NCBI GenBank assembly: GCA_964607485.1 | Contig: CAZSKP010000008.1 | Span: 69,168-133,167, forward strand | DNA from: an uncultured bacterium | Lineage (GTDB): Bacteria; Abyssobacteria; SURF-5 | Direction: 5' to 3' | Length of the DNA: 64,000 nucleotides | Shown: piece by piece, positions 38,449 through 48,382 of the stretch | How positions within the stretch are numbered: position 1 is the stretch's first letter | Layout: each line of letters opens with the position of its first letter | The notes under the pieces: generated by a model | The model's database searches: none | Told to the model about the DNA's origin: nothing | What the model saw: only the letters and a program-made list of their open reading frames with translations | Position numbers and translations under genes: made by a program

Positions 38449-38607
38449 TGTCATCCTGAGCGAAGCGAAGGATCTCTTTTGGCAAGGAGTTGGAGTTTTT
38501 TGAGATTCTTCGCTGCGCTCAGAATGACAACCATACGCTCAGAATGACAACCATAGCTCAGAATGACAGCCAGAGGTCAGAATGACGGCCAGAGGTCAGA
38601 ATGACGG
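38449..38607. repeat. MITE-like element copy D with five tandem 19-20-bp tail units (GCTCAGAATGACAACCATAC-like)
   Basis: TGTCATCCTGAGCGAAGCGAAGGATCTC...GAGATTCTTCGCTGCGCTCAGAATGACAA followed by five degenerate direct repeats. Confidence 0.8.
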
Positions 38608-38625
38608 CCATATGCACAGAACGAA

Positions 38626-40641
38626 ATGGCGGGAGACGCTGTAATGCCCGATGAGTTCAAACTGGTGACCGACCTCACGCTGAAAGGCGACCAGCCGCAG
38701 GCGGTCGATAAGCTCGTCGATGGGCTGCGTGATGGTGTGAAGCACCAGGTGCTGCTTGGCGTGACCGGCTCGGGCAAGACGTTCACGATGGCCAACATCG
38801 TCGAGAGGATGAACCGGCCGACCCTCGTTCTGGCGCACAACAAGACGCTTGCCGCCCAGCTTTACAGCGAGTTCAAGCAGCTTTTCCCCGACAACGCGGT
38901 CGAGTACTTCGTGAGCTATTACGATTATTACCAGCCCGAAGCCTATGTGCCCACCACCGACACGTACATAGAAAAAGACGCGTCGATAAACGACGAGATA
39001 GATAAGATGCGCCACTCGGCAACGAGGTCGTTGTTCGAGAGGCGCGACGTTCTGATAGTCGCCAGCGTGTCGTGCATCTACGGGCTCGGCTCGCCCGAGG
39101 AGTATCTGGGCATGCTCGTTTCGGTCGAGAACAACGCCGACATGACGCGCGAGGACTTGTTGAAGCACCTCGTCGCGATACAGTATGAGCGCAACGACCA
39201 CGATTTTCACCGGGGCACGTTCCGGGTGCGCGGCGACGTGGTCGAGATTTTTCCCGCCTACGAAAGCGACCGCGTCGTGCGGGTCGAATTCTTCGGCGAC
39301 ACAATCGATTCCATCTCCGAGGTTGACCCGCTCAGGGGGCGCGTCGTCCGGAAGCTCGAGCGGGCGCTCATCTTTCCCGGCAGTCACTATGCGACTTCCT
39401 ACGACAAGCTCAGCCGGGCGATACGGAGCATTCGGGACGAGTTGAAGGAGCGCCTCGCGGAGCTGCGGTCGCAGGACAAGCTGCTCGAGGCGCAGAGGCT
39501 CGAACAGCGGACGAATTTCGACCTGGAAATGCTCAAAGAGACGGGCTTCTGCGCGGGAATTGAGAACTATTCGCGGCATCTGGACGGACGCCGTCCCGGC
39601 CAGCCGCCTTTTACGTTGATCAATTATTTCCCCGACGACTATCTCCTGTTCATCGACGAAAGCCACCAGACGGTTCCGCAGCTTCACGGCATGTACAACG
39701 GCGACCGCTCGCGCAAGCAGACGCTTGTCAACTACGGGTTTCGGCTGCCGTCGGCGCTCGACAACCGCCCGCTGAAATTCAAGGAATTCGAGAAGCTCAC
39801 GAACCAGCTGGTGTATGTGTCGGCGACCCCGGCCGAACACGAGCTGGAGAAAAGCGGGGGAGTGGTCGTCGAGCAGCTCATAAGGCCGACGGGCCTGATG
39901 GACCCGGAGGTGATTGTCAAACCCGCCCGGAACCAGGTGGACGACCTGCTGGAGGAGATACGGAAGCGAGTCGAAAAGAACGAGCGCGTGCTCGTGACCA
40001 CTCTCACAAAGCGGATGGCGGAGGACCTGACCGATTACTATCAGGAGGTCGGCGTGCGCGTACGCTACCTGCATTCGGACATTGCGACCATCGAGCGGTT
40101 CGAGATTATTCGCGAGCTGAGACGGGGGCTGTTCGACGTGCTCATTGGCATCAACCTGCTTCGGGAGGGACTGGATATTCCCGAGGTGTCGCTGGTTGCG
40201 ATACTGGACGCGGACAAGGAGGGTTTCCTGCGCGCCGAGAAATCGTTGATTCAGACGATCGGACGAGCGGCGAGAAACGTCAACGGAACGGTCGTCATGT
40301 ATGCGGACAACATGACGGACTCGATGCGGAAGGCTATCGACGAGACCAACCGCCGCCGCCGTGTGCAGGCCGAATTCAATGAGAAGCACAAGATAACGCC
40401 TACGACCATCGTGAAGGCCATGCCCGAGGTGCTGACGAGCGTTTACGAGGCGGATTACGTGACGGTGTCGGCCGTCGCCGAGCCGGCGGCGGGGTACGTC
40501 GCCTCGGGCGAGCTTCCGAAGCTGCTCGAAGATCTGAAACGCGAGATGAGGGAGGCGGCGGACAAGCTCGATTTCGAGCGGGCCGCCGAGCTGCGCGACC
40601 GCATCCACGAGCTTCAGGAGATGGAACTCGCGTTGAAGTAG
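38626..40641 (+). CDS. uvrB: Excinuclease ABC subunit B
   Basis: Walker [10 protein letters not shown], helicase motifs, C-terminal UVR domain ([13 protein letters not shown]). Confidence 0.9.
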   Translation: MAGDAVMPDEFKLVTDLTLKGDQPQAVDKLVDGLRDGVKHQVLLGVTGSGKTFTMANIVERMNRPTLVLAHNKTLAAQLYSEFKQLFPDNAVEYFVSYYDYYQPEAYVPTTDTYIEKDASINDEIDKMRHSATRSLFERRDVLIVASVSCIYGLGSPEEYLGMLVSVENNADMTREDLLKHLVAIQYERNDHDFHRGTFRVRGDVVEIFPAYESDRVVRVEFFGDTIDSISEVDPLRGRVVRKLERALIFPGSHYATSYDKLSRAIRSIRDELKERLAELRSQDKLLEAQRLEQRTNFDLEMLKETGFCAGIENYSRHLDGRRPGQPPFTLINYFPDDYLLFIDESHQTVPQLHGMYNGDRSRKQTLVNYGFRLPSALDNRPLKFKEFEKLTNQLVYVSATPAEHELEKSGGVVVEQLIRPTGLMDPEVIVKPARNQVDDLLEEIRKRVEKNERVLVTTLTKRMAEDLTDYYQEVGVRVRYLHSDIATIERFEIIRELRRGLFDVLIGINLLREGLDIPEVSLVAILDADKEGFLRAEKSLIQTIGRAARNVNGTVVMYADNMTDSMRKAIDETNRRRRVQAEFNEKHKITPTTIVKAMPEVLTSVYEADYVTVSAVAEPAAGYVASGELPKLLEDLKREMREAADKLDFERAAELRDRIHELQEMELALK

Positions 40642-40681
40642 GCTTCCTCCCGTTCACGCGCCGGGCTCGATCACGGCGCGC

Positions 40682-41908
40682 TTACTTTGCCACCCAGAGC
40701 CCGTGCGGCAGTCCCGCGGTGAGATTTTCGTGCCCCTGTTCCGTGATGAGGATGATGTCCTCGGGCATTCCGCCGAAGAACTCGCGCTCGGGGTCGAATG
40801 CGCCTATCTCGATGGCGACCACCATGCCGGGCTGGAGGGGCGTCTGTTCCTCCGCCGTCACCCATGGCGGCTCATGGTTGGCCAGGCCCTCCTGGTGTCC
40901 GATGAAAGAGATGATGTGCGGGTATTCATAGTCCCGCTTCTTCAGGGCCGAGAGCGATTTCCCGAACAGGTCGCACATGCGCACGCCCGGCTTCATGGCG
41001 GAGATGGTCTCGAGGTGCGCCTCGGTGGCGATGTCGTGGTAGCGGACCATCTTCTCGGGCGGGTCGCCGACGTAGAACGTCCTCTGGAAATCGAGCTGGT
41101 AGCCCTTGTACGTGGGGCCGCAATCGCACAGCCCCTGATCGCCCTCGCGAATGATGCGGTCGACGGGGCCGGTGATCCAGCGGTCCACGCCCATCACCTC
41201 GTCTCTGTTGCTCGAAAAGCACAGCCACGTTCCATGGTATGGCGCTTCAATCATGTCGAATTCCGCCGCTTTCCGCCAGAACGCGCGGTGCACGTCGAGC
41301 TCGCTCACGCCGGGCCGGATCGTCTCGAACGCAGTCCTCACGCATTCACACGAGCGCTTCGCTCCCTCGCGGATGAGCGCCTGCTCGAACGGCGTCTTTA
41401 TCATGCGCTGTTTCCAGATCGCCTTGTCGGCGCTGACGATTGTGGCGCGCGCGAGTTCGCGTCGGATAAAGTCGTATTCGTCGAAGGACAGATACGTGTC
41501 GATGTCGGGCCCTGTTTCGATGCCGAGTCTCTTGTCCGCCAGCCCGAGCTCCTCGAGCGTATCGAAGAGCAGCTTGTAGAAGGACTTTGGGAACATCTGG
41601 ACCATGAAGTGGTTCGACTCGCTCCAGACGCGTACGTCTTCGAGATACGACATGGTTGCGATGCACCACTGAAAGGCGGCGTGGACGACGGCCACGGGGT
41701 CCCGGTCGCGGCACACGAGCAGGCAACTGCGCCAGACATCGTTGTGCATCTGCGCGGCATCGGTGAACCCGCCGTAGTACCACCAGTTCGTGGGCGAGAA
41801 CAGGAGCATCGCGTCGAGCCCGTGCTCGGCGAGGCACTGTTTGGCGCGTTCGATACGCGCGCTGTATTCCTCATACGGAAACGTCGGCCATTTCACACCC
41901 GGTTTCAT
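40682..41908 (-). CDS. M24-family metallopeptidase (Xaa-Pro aminopeptidase/creatinase-like)
   Basis: Pita-bread fold motifs: DFQRTFYVG, FIGHQEGLANHE, VVAIEIGAFDPE. Confidence 0.7.
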   Translation of the reverse strand: MKPGVKWPTFPYEEYSARIERAKQCLAEHGLDAMLLFSPTNWWYYGGFTDAAQMHNDVWRSCLLVCRDRDPVAVVHAAFQWCIATMSYLEDVRVWSESNHFMVQMFPKSFYKLLFDTLEELGLADKRLGIETGPDIDTYLSFDEYDFIRRELARATIVSADKAIWKQRMIKTPFEQALIREGAKRSCECVRTAFETIRPGVSELDVHRAFWRKAAEFDMIEAPYHGTWLCFSSNRDEVMGVDRWITGPVDRIIREGDQGLCDCGPTYKGYQLDFQRTFYVGDPPEKMVRYHDIATEAHLETISAMKPGVRMCDLFGKSLSALKKRDYEYPHIISFIGHQEGLANHEPPWVTAEEQTPLQPGMVVAIEIGAFDPEREFFGGMPEDIILITEQGHENLTAGLPHGLWVAK

Positions 41909-41964
41909 AAGCTACCTCCTGTTGTTTCGTCAGGCATGGGTTCGCGGCCCGCCGGGGAGTGTCA

Positions 41965-41980
41965 GAGCGACCGGTCACTC
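41965..41980. promoter_or_regulatory. Palindromic operator-like site O2 (GAGCGACCGGTCACTC)
   Basis: 16-bp near-palindrome in tetR-M24 intergenic region; differs at 2 positions from O1. Confidence 0.45.
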
Positions 41981-42025
41981 TGAATCGTCGCCCCAAAAAA
42001 TCCCCACTTGCTTCTCCGCCGGGCG

Positions 42026-42649
42026 TCAGGCACAGATCCCCTCGAGCAACAGCCGCATAATTCTGTCCGCATCCCTCCTGCGGTCGGGCGAAGAAGCTTT
42101 CTGGATCGTTGAATACAGGATAAGCGATTCGATCAGTCCGAACGCCATGAATACTTTCGCGTCAAGGTCGCCGACCTTGCCTCCGTGATGCTCGACGGCG
42201 TCGGATATCAGTCGTCCGAGGAGGTCGAGGAACTCGGCGTAGGCCTTGTGTACCGCGTCGACAAACCGGGAATTTCTGCCGTACACGATGTTCGCACCGT
42301 AGAAAACGCTGGCGATAAGCTGGTACGAGTCGGGATGGCTGTCCATGAACTGGAGGTCTGCGAGGATGAATGCCCTCAGCTTCCCGAGTGGGTCGTCGTG
42401 TTTGGAGACTTCTTCCATGACAGTCCCGGTGAGACGGGCGGCGCTGTACCGGATGGTTTCGAGGAACAGCGCCTCCTTGCTCTCGACATAGTTGTACATC
42501 GTGCCCTTGCCGATTCCGAGGCTTTCGGCGATGGTATTGACGTTGCCCTTTTCGAACCCCTTCGAGGCGAACTCGCGCGTGGCTGCCTGGATGATCTGCG
42601 CGTATTTATCGGGCTTTTGCTCTTGGAGTCGTTTTGTTTTGGTCTTCAT
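42026..42649 (-). CDS. TetR/AcrR-family transcriptional regulator
   Basis: N-terminal HTH ...GFEKGNVNTIAESLGIGKGTMYNYVESKEALF. Confidence 0.8.
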   Translation of the reverse strand: MKTKTKRLQEQKPDKYAQIIQAATREFASKGFEKGNVNTIAESLGIGKGTMYNYVESKEALFLETIRYSAARLTGTVMEEVSKHDDPLGKLRAFILADLQFMDSHPDSYQLIASVFYGANIVYGRNSRFVDAVHKAYAEFLDLLGRLISDAVEHHGGKVGDLDAKVFMAFGLIESLILYSTIQKASSPDRRRDADRIMRLLLEGICA

Positions 42650-42664
42650 GGCATTGGGGGTCTA

Positions 42665-42680
42665 GAGTGACCAGTCACTC
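42665..42680. promoter_or_regulatory. Palindromic operator-like site O1 (GAGTGACCAGTCACTC)
   Basis: Perfect 7-2-7 palindrome 16 nt upstream of the tetR start codon. Confidence 0.5.
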
Positions 42681-42758
42681 CATATAGCCTACCACACGAT
42701 CCTCCTCCTGTCAAGCGTTTTTTGTGAGGAGTTTCCCCACTTTCCCCGCGCATGTTTT

Positions 42759-42852
42759 TCATTCCGACAGGAATGTCATGCTGAGCGTAGCGAAGCATCT
42801 CGTTTTGCACCAGCGCGATAGAAGATTCTTCGCTTCGCTCAGAATGACGACC
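42759..42852. repeat. MITE-like element copy E (preceded by hairpin CATTCCGACAGGAATG)
   Basis: TGTCATGCTGAGCGTAGCGAAGCATCTC...GATTCTTCGCTTCGCTCAGAATGACGACC. Confidence 0.75.
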
Positions 42853-43059
42853 TGCCATTGCGACCAGAGGTAGCAAGAGACTGCTACATTCAGGATTGGG
42901 TAGAGATCAGCGGTCAAAGACATTACAACTTTCATGAAGAATTTTTTGGGGAAACTCCCCTTTTTTATGAGTCGAACTCATTTTTCGCATAACCCCCGAT
43001 TTCTCTTCTCCTGCCGACGATGCAACACCACAAAGCGGTTGCGAATGGGGCTTGTTCCT

Positions 43060-43089
43060 TTGACAACTATCGCGTTCGGGGGTTATAGT
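43060..43089 (+). promoter_or_regulatory. Sigma70-like promoter TTGACA-18-TATAGT upstream of the glycyl radical enzyme gene
   Basis: Exact -35, 18-bp spacer, TATAGT; ~45 bp upstream of ATG 43134. Confidence 0.4.
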
Positions 43090-43133
43090 AATGATAGATT
43101 TCTTCTTGATTATTCATACAGGGAGGTTTTCAG

Positions 43134-45506
43134 GTGAAACGACTTGCGACAGGCCAGAGGACATCCGCGTATCCCCGAATTGAAAGGCTCCGGCAGCGGC
43201 TGCTGGACGCGCCGCACGAGATATGCGTCGAGCGGGCCCGCTACCTGACGGAATCGTATAGACGAACCGAGGACGAGCCCCAGCCGATTCGTTTCGCGAA
43301 AGCGCTCAGCCACGTGCTCTCGAACATCTCGGCTATCATCCGCGACGATGAATTGATCGTCGGCTGCCGCACGAGCAAGCTCAAGGCGGCGCCGCTCTAT
43401 CCCGAAAACAAGAGCGATTGGCTCGAGCAGAACATCGACGGGTTCAACCAGCGCGAGTTTCAACGCGTCTCCATTGCGGAGGATGACAGGCGAGAGCTTC
43501 GCGACGACATCCTCCCATACTGGCGCGGCAAGACGGTCGAGGACCGGATGAACGCGCTCATGCCCGACGAACTGAAGGCGGAAATGAACAAGCTCATCTT
43601 CACGATGATGATGGAGATCACATACGGCATCGGCCACTTCACCATGAACGCCTCGCAGGTGCTCGCGCACGGGCTGGAGGCGGTCATAGACGAGGCGAAG
43701 CGTGAGGAGGCCCGGGCGGGCGACGACGAGTCGAAGGCTCATTTCTTTCGCGCGGTCCGCATCGCGTGCGAGGCGGCGATAAAGTTTGCGCGCCGGTACG
43801 CCGACGAAGCGCGAAGGCTGGCGGCGCTCGAAAGCGACCCCGTTCGCCGGGGTGAGCTGGAGGAGATCGCGGCGGTGTGCGACCGCGTGCCCGCCAAGCC
43901 GGCCCGCACGTTCCATGAGGCCGTCCAGTCGCTCTACTTCGTTCAGCTCACCGCCCAGATAGAGAGCGGCGGCAATTCGATCTCGGTCGGGAGGATCGAC
44001 AAGATACTGCATCCGTTCTACAAGCGGGACGTTGAAGCGGGCTCGATCGACGCTGCACGCGCTCAGACGCTCGTCGAGTGCATGTTCCTGAAGATGGGCG
44101 AGATTTGGAACGTGCTGGAGGAGACGTACCTGCCGGGCGGCGAGGGGCCCGAAGGCAAGACCACGCAGAACGTCGTCGTCGGAGGAATGCGACCCGACGG
44201 AAGCGACGACTCGAACGAATTGACGCGGCTCGCGCTCGAAGCCTACGCGGACCTGCGCACCGTTCAGCCCAATTTCGGAATCCGCATAAATCGAAACACG
44301 CCCGAGGACATCTTCCTGCGCGTGTGCGAGCTCAGCCGTGAGGGCGTCCTCATTCACTTTTTCAACGACGAGGTCATCGTGCCGGCGCTCGTCAGAGGGG
44401 GATGTTCGCTGGAGGACGCCCGCGACTACAGCGCCGTCGGATGCGTCGAGCCGAACCCGCACGGGAAGACGTTCGGCTCCACGTTCGCGGTTCAATTCAA
44501 CGCGGCCAAGTGCCTCGAGTTTGCGCTCAATAACGGCGAGTGCTCCGTGTTCGGACTTCCCAACGGCCTGCCCTGCGGGAGCCTGCGGAGCTATTCGTCG
44601 TACGGCGAGCTTCTCGGCGCATACAAGAAGCAGGTGAGCCATTTCCTGCGGAGCATGGTCGAGGCGATGTCCTCTCTGGACATGGCCATCGCGGAACTCG
44701 TGCCTTCGCCGTTCGCGTCGAGCCTTGTGGAGGGATGTTTTGAGAAGGGATTGGACCTGACCAGAGGCGGCGCGAAATACAATTTCACGGGAGTGCAGCT
44801 CATGGGGCTTGCCAACGTGGCCGACTCTCTGGCGGCAGCCAGGAAGCTCGTGTTTGACGAAGGCGAGGTGACGGGCGACGAGCTCTCCGACGCGCTTTCC
44901 AGCGACTTCTCCGGGTTTGAGCCGCTTCGGCAGATGCTGCTCAAACGCGCGCCCAAGTACGGCAACGATGACGATTACGTTGACCGGATAGCGAGCGAGG
45001 TCGTCGGTCATTTCGCCGATGAACTGGCCGAGTATAAGAATTTCCGCGGCGGCCGGTTCATCATGGGAATCTTCTCCGTTGCGTTCCATATCGTCATGGG
45101 CGCCTTTACCGGCCCGACCCCCGACGGCCGGAAGATGAGCGAGGTGCTCGCGAACGGAATCACTCCCCAGACGGGCGTGGCGACGGACGGCCCGACGGCG
45201 ATCGCGAGGTCCGCGGCGAAACTGGGACAGACCGCCGTCTCCAATGGCAACACGTTGATTCTCCGGTTCCATCCTCGCTCGGTCCAGCCCGACAAGCTCC
45301 TTTCTTTGATACGGACCTACTTCGAGCTGGGTGGAATGCAGCTCCAATTCAACATGGTGGACACGGAAACCCTCCTGGACGCGCAGGCGCATCCCGACAA
45401 GCATCGAGACCTGGTCGTTCGGATTGCGGGCTACAGCGTCCTTTTCACCAGCCTGAGCAAGAAGGCGCAGGACGAGATTATCAGCAGAACACTCTGCTCC
45501 CTGTGA
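43134..45506 (+). CDS. Glycyl radical enzyme, PFL2/glycerol-dehydratase-like family (substrate unknown)
   Basis: 790 aa; Cys loop AVGCVEPNPHGKT; C-terminal glycyl radical motif RIAGYSVLF; no activating enzyme in window. Confidence 0.8.
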   Translation: MKRLATGQRTSAYPRIERLRQRLLDAPHEICVERARYLTESYRRTEDEPQPIRFAKALSHVLSNISAIIRDDELIVGCRTSKLKAAPLYPENKSDWLEQNIDGFNQREFQRVSIAEDDRRELRDDILPYWRGKTVEDRMNALMPDELKAEMNKLIFTMMMEITYGIGHFTMNASQVLAHGLEAVIDEAKREEARAGDDESKAHFFRAVRIACEAAIKFARRYADEARRLAALESDPVRRGELEEIAAVCDRVPAKPARTFHEAVQSLYFVQLTAQIESGGNSISVGRIDKILHPFYKRDVEAGSIDAARAQTLVECMFLKMGEIWNVLEETYLPGGEGPEGKTTQNVVVGGMRPDGSDDSNELTRLALEAYADLRTVQPNFGIRINRNTPEDIFLRVCELSREGVLIHFFNDEVIVPALVRGGCSLEDARDYSAVGCVEPNPHGKTFGSTFAVQFNAAKCLEFALNNGECSVFGLPNGLPCGSLRSYSSYGELLGAYKKQVSHFLRSMVEAMSSLDMAIAELVPSPFASSLVEGCFEKGLDLTRGGAKYNFTGVQLMGLANVADSLAAARKLVFDEGEVTGDELSDALSSDFSGFEPLRQMLLKRAPKYGNDDDYVDRIASEVVGHFADELAEYKNFRGGRFIMGIFSVAFHIVMGAFTGPTPDGRKMSEVLANGITPQTGVATDGPTAIARSAAKLGQTAVSNGNTLILRFHPRSVQPDKLLSLIRTYFELGGMQLQFNMVDTETLLDAQAHPDKHRDLVVRIAGYSVLFTSLSKKAQDEIISRTLCSL

Positions 45507-45550
45507 GCGGCCTGTTGCCCAAACCATTTGGCTCACGAAATCGTTCCTAC

Positions 45551-45669
45551 GTCTCGTCATTGCGAGGAGCGAAGGGCCACAGGCCCAAGCGACGAAGCAA
45601 TCTCGATAATACGGGGAGCCCGCATGCGAGACTGCTTCGGTCGGGTCGCTGACCCTCCCTCGCAATGAC
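45551..45669. repeat. MITE-like element copy F (variant termini GTCATTGCGAGGAGCGAAGGG / CCCTCCCTCGCAATGAC)
   Basis: Inverted termini related to the family consensus; 45 bp after the GRE stop. Confidence 0.65.
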
Positions 45670-45833
45670 CCCAAATGGTCTGGGCAGCAGGCTCCGAACA
45701 TCCTGCGGCCTTTTCTTTTCTCCCACCAAGACACGGCGAAGTCGGTATAGGTATCGTCGTGACATTCTGATATACTTATCTTAGAGAACGATAGACGATA
45801 AGCTGACGGTTAATTTCGGTTTCGAGGCAGGCC

Positions 45834-46475
45834 ATGTTCAGGGACAGACGGGATGCGGCTCTGCGATTGGCGGGCCGCCTGCAGAAGTACAAGGGCCGGA
45901 AGCCGCTGGTGCTGGGGATTCCTCGCGGCGGCGTGCTGGTCGGCTCCGTGTTGGCGGGGGAGCTGAAGGGCGAGCTTGACATCGTCCTGACGCGCAAGCT
46001 TCGCGCGCCCGGCAATCCCGAGCTTGCCATGGGTTCCGTCGATGAAAACGGGCTCGTGTATCTGAACGAGTCCGTCGTGAGTATCCTGCGAATAAGCGAT
46101 GAAACGATAGAAGAGGAGAGGGAGCGACAACTGGCCGTCATTCGTGCCCGCGCGGAATCCTATCGCCGCATTCATCCGAGAATCCCCATGGAGGGCCGCA
46201 TCGTGATTATCACCGACGACGGCATAGCCACCGGGGCGACGATGAAAGCTGCCATCGAAATGGCTCGACGCGCCGGGCCGGAGAAGCTGGTCGTTGCGCT
46301 TCCTGTCGGGCCGCCCGAGCAGGTGGCTGCGCTGGAGCCCGATGTCGATGAGATGGTGTGTCTTTCCACACCGGCTGATTTTATGGCGGTCGGCCAGTTT
46401 TATGAAGCATTCGACCAGGTCGAGGACGAGGATGTCGAGAGAATCCTGACCGATTACGCAAGGTCGCGCACATGA
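45834..46475 (+). CDS. Phosphoribosyltransferase (type I PRTase fold)
   Basis: PRPP-binding loop RIVIITDDGIATGATM. Confidence 0.75.
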   Translation: MFRDRRDAALRLAGRLQKYKGRKPLVLGIPRGGVLVGSVLAGELKGELDIVLTRKLRAPGNPELAMGSVDENGLVYLNESVVSILRISDETIEEERERQLAVIRARAESYRRIHPRIPMEGRIVIITDDGIATGATMKAAIEMARRAGPEKLVVALPVGPPEQVAALEPDVDEMVCLSTPADFMAVGQFYEAFDQVEDEDVERILTDYARSRT

Positions 46476-46539
46476 CTCCGAGGCGCGTTGTGAACGGCGT
46501 TTGGAAATCGTGGTGGGTGCGTCGGTGGCGGATGGGTCG

Positions 46540-46950
46540 CTAAGTACGCCGCAGCCTGACCAGAGAGAGCAGGCGGTTGAAGAATCCCCCGTTTGAACTC
46601 CGGCTGTTCTTGCCGCAGTTGTCCAAGATAAACTTCACTATCGGCTCAATCTTCAAGGGTGTGTTTTCAGGACCTCGAGTGTGGACGCCGTTCCCGTTCT
46701 CGTTCAGAAACAGAACCGGCACACCGTTTCCCTCAAGCCGTTTCCTTGCAAGAGCTCTCTGTCGTTGATTTTTCAGAGTCTCAAAGTCAAAGATGACGCA
46801 GTCGGGATGGTCAGTCGAGAGGAGGCCGACGCCTTTCTTGGCCGTCTCGGCCCCCATACACCTGAAGTTGTAGGTTGACGCGATGAGTTCCAATACCCGA
46901 TGGAGTTCCGGATTGTGTGAAACCACTAAGATGCTTCTTCGCTTCGTCAT
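46540..46950 (-). CDS. Stand-alone receiver (REC)-like domain protein, atypical acidic pocket
   Basis: SILVVSHNPE...DCVIFDFET...GVPVLFLNEN: receiver-like with conserved Asp (IFDFE) but SHN replacing the N-terminal DD pair; start after GGGGGGA. Confidence 0.5.
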   Translation of the reverse strand: MTKRRSILVVSHNPELHRVLELIASTYNFRCMGAETAKKGVGLLSTDHPDCVIFDFETLKNQRQRALARKRLEGNGVPVLFLNENGNGVHTRGPENTPLKIEPIVKFILDNCGKNSRSSNGGFFNRLLSLVRLRRT

Positions 46951-47194
46951 AATCCCCCCGCTAGTCCCACAGCCCGCGAATAGCTTGACATAATTAGTTA
47001 AGCAAGAAGCGTACCACCAGAAACAAGGCCCAGAGAAACTTCCGACGAGGGCCTCCAACCTTCTGGGAACACGATAATTATGTGCATACCCCCTTTCGGC
47101 GCGAGGCAATTCGAATGCCTCGTTACGCCCCGGGTCATGCCGCAAATAAGACTATGAGAGTATCTTTTGAGACAGCCTTATGTGTCGCTCCGCG

Positions 47195-47953
47195 TTATGG
47201 GATCAGGCCGATCTTCCTCGCATAAGTCTCGATCCTCGTTTTCAATTCCGAATCACGGAAAATCTCGGCGGTCAGGCCAAACTCGTATTCCAACCCCGCC
47301 GGCAGGTCGAGCCTCGGCACGACCATGCTTGCCCGCTTCAGGGCGGCCAGTGCGCGGCGGTCTATTTTTGCAAGCCTTCTCGCAAAATCGAATGCCTCGT
47401 CGAGAAGCTTTCCCGCCGGAACGACCTTGACCACCAGCCCGATGCGGTGCGCCTCCTCGGCGTTTATGGTTTCTCCCGTCATCGCTATCTCCATTGCCTT
47501 GGCCGGTCCCACCTTCCGCCAAAGCGGAGAGAGAAGCGGGTTGACGCCGAACCGGACCTCGGGATGGCCGAATATTGCGGTTTCCGAGGCGATTATGACG
47601 TCGCCGCAGAGGGCGAGGTCGAACCCGCCCGCAAGCGCAAATCCGCCGACAGCCGAAGCGATGGGCTTCGGGAACCCGTAGATTTTCGAGTGATATTCAA
47701 AAATCCGGTGGCTGAAGGAGTCGAGGTCGGTTGCGATTGCTTCGCCGATGTCGAAGCCGGCGCAGAAAACGTCCTCGCCTCCCGTCAGCACTACGGAGTT
47801 AATATCGTCGTCGTCCTCAAGAACATCAAGGCACTGCTCTATCTCATCCCTCAGCGCCACGCTGAGCACGTTCATTTTCTCGGCACGGTCGAGCGTGACC
47901 GTGGCAACCCCATCCGCGGTTGCTACTTTCAGGAACTTGAATTTCGGTATCAT
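47195..47953 (-). CDS. Enoyl-CoA hydratase/isomerase (crotonase) family protein
   Basis: Crotonase fold pattern (VVLTGGEDVFCAGFDI...GFALAGGFDLAL); start at MIPKF after AAGGAGG. Confidence 0.8.
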   Translation of the reverse strand: MIPKFKFLKVATADGVATVTLDRAEKMNVLSVALRDEIEQCLDVLEDDDDINSVVLTGGEDVFCAGFDIGEAIATDLDSFSHRIFEYHSKIYGFPKPIASAVGGFALAGGFDLALCGDVIIASETAIFGHPEVRFGVNPLLSPLWRKVGPAKAMEIAMTGETINAEEAHRIGLVVKVVPAGKLLDEAFDFARRLAKIDRRALAALKRASMVVPRLDLPAGLEYEFGLTAEIFRDSELKTRIETYARKIGLIP

Positions 47954-48120
47954 GACAACCTCCTTCGCTTCCGGTTGTTCTAGTATTCTTTCGACCCTGA
48001 ACAGAGCGCAAGTCTTACTTCCCTTAATTATGGCACGATACATACATGGGGTTCCACACTTTTCGGCAGGTCTGCCGCGGACCGGGGTGTGTTGTAATAT
48101 ACATACAGTAATTTTTTATC

Positions 48121-48149
48121 TTGACAAACAAAACAATGCAGGATACAAT
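48121..48149 (+). promoter_or_regulatory. Sigma70-like promoter TTGACA-17-TACAAT, ~430 bp upstream of the acyl-CoA dehydrogenase gene
   Basis: Exact -35, 17-bp spacer; MITE copy G lies between this promoter and the gene. Confidence 0.4.
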
Positions 48150-48382
48150 GAAACCGGAGACACGATCTCGGATAGTCTTTCGACGGATGGTCGAACAAGG
48201 GTGGGGCAGGCCGAAAACTGCCTTCTCCTTTCCCCGGGGGCCGTAGAAAATGCGGCCCCTTCCCCTTTTGTGCGCCCGGCTTCATGCCGCCGTTGAGTGG
48301 AGTTTCCCCAACAATTTGTTCCCGAAAGCCTTGGTGTCTTGACCCGCCAGTCTCTCCGGAATTCTGATCGCAATGGCACATG

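Noticed and set aside
38503-38607. Five tandem 19-20-bp repeats (and similar at 15720-15800, 18480-18565) looked like a mini CRISPR array
   Set aside because: Units are directly abutting with no spacers, are degenerate, and form the tail of the MITE family. No cas genes in the window.
42968-42982. ATGAGTCGAACTCAT palindrome flanked by T-runs upstream of the glycyl radical enzyme gene
   Set aside because: Only 6-bp arms. It could be a weak bidirectional terminator or chance; insufficient to call.
46976-47010. TTGACATAATTAGTTAAGC promoter-like -35 upstream of the receiver gene region
   Set aside because: No acceptable -10 hexamer at 16-19 bp spacing on that strand.
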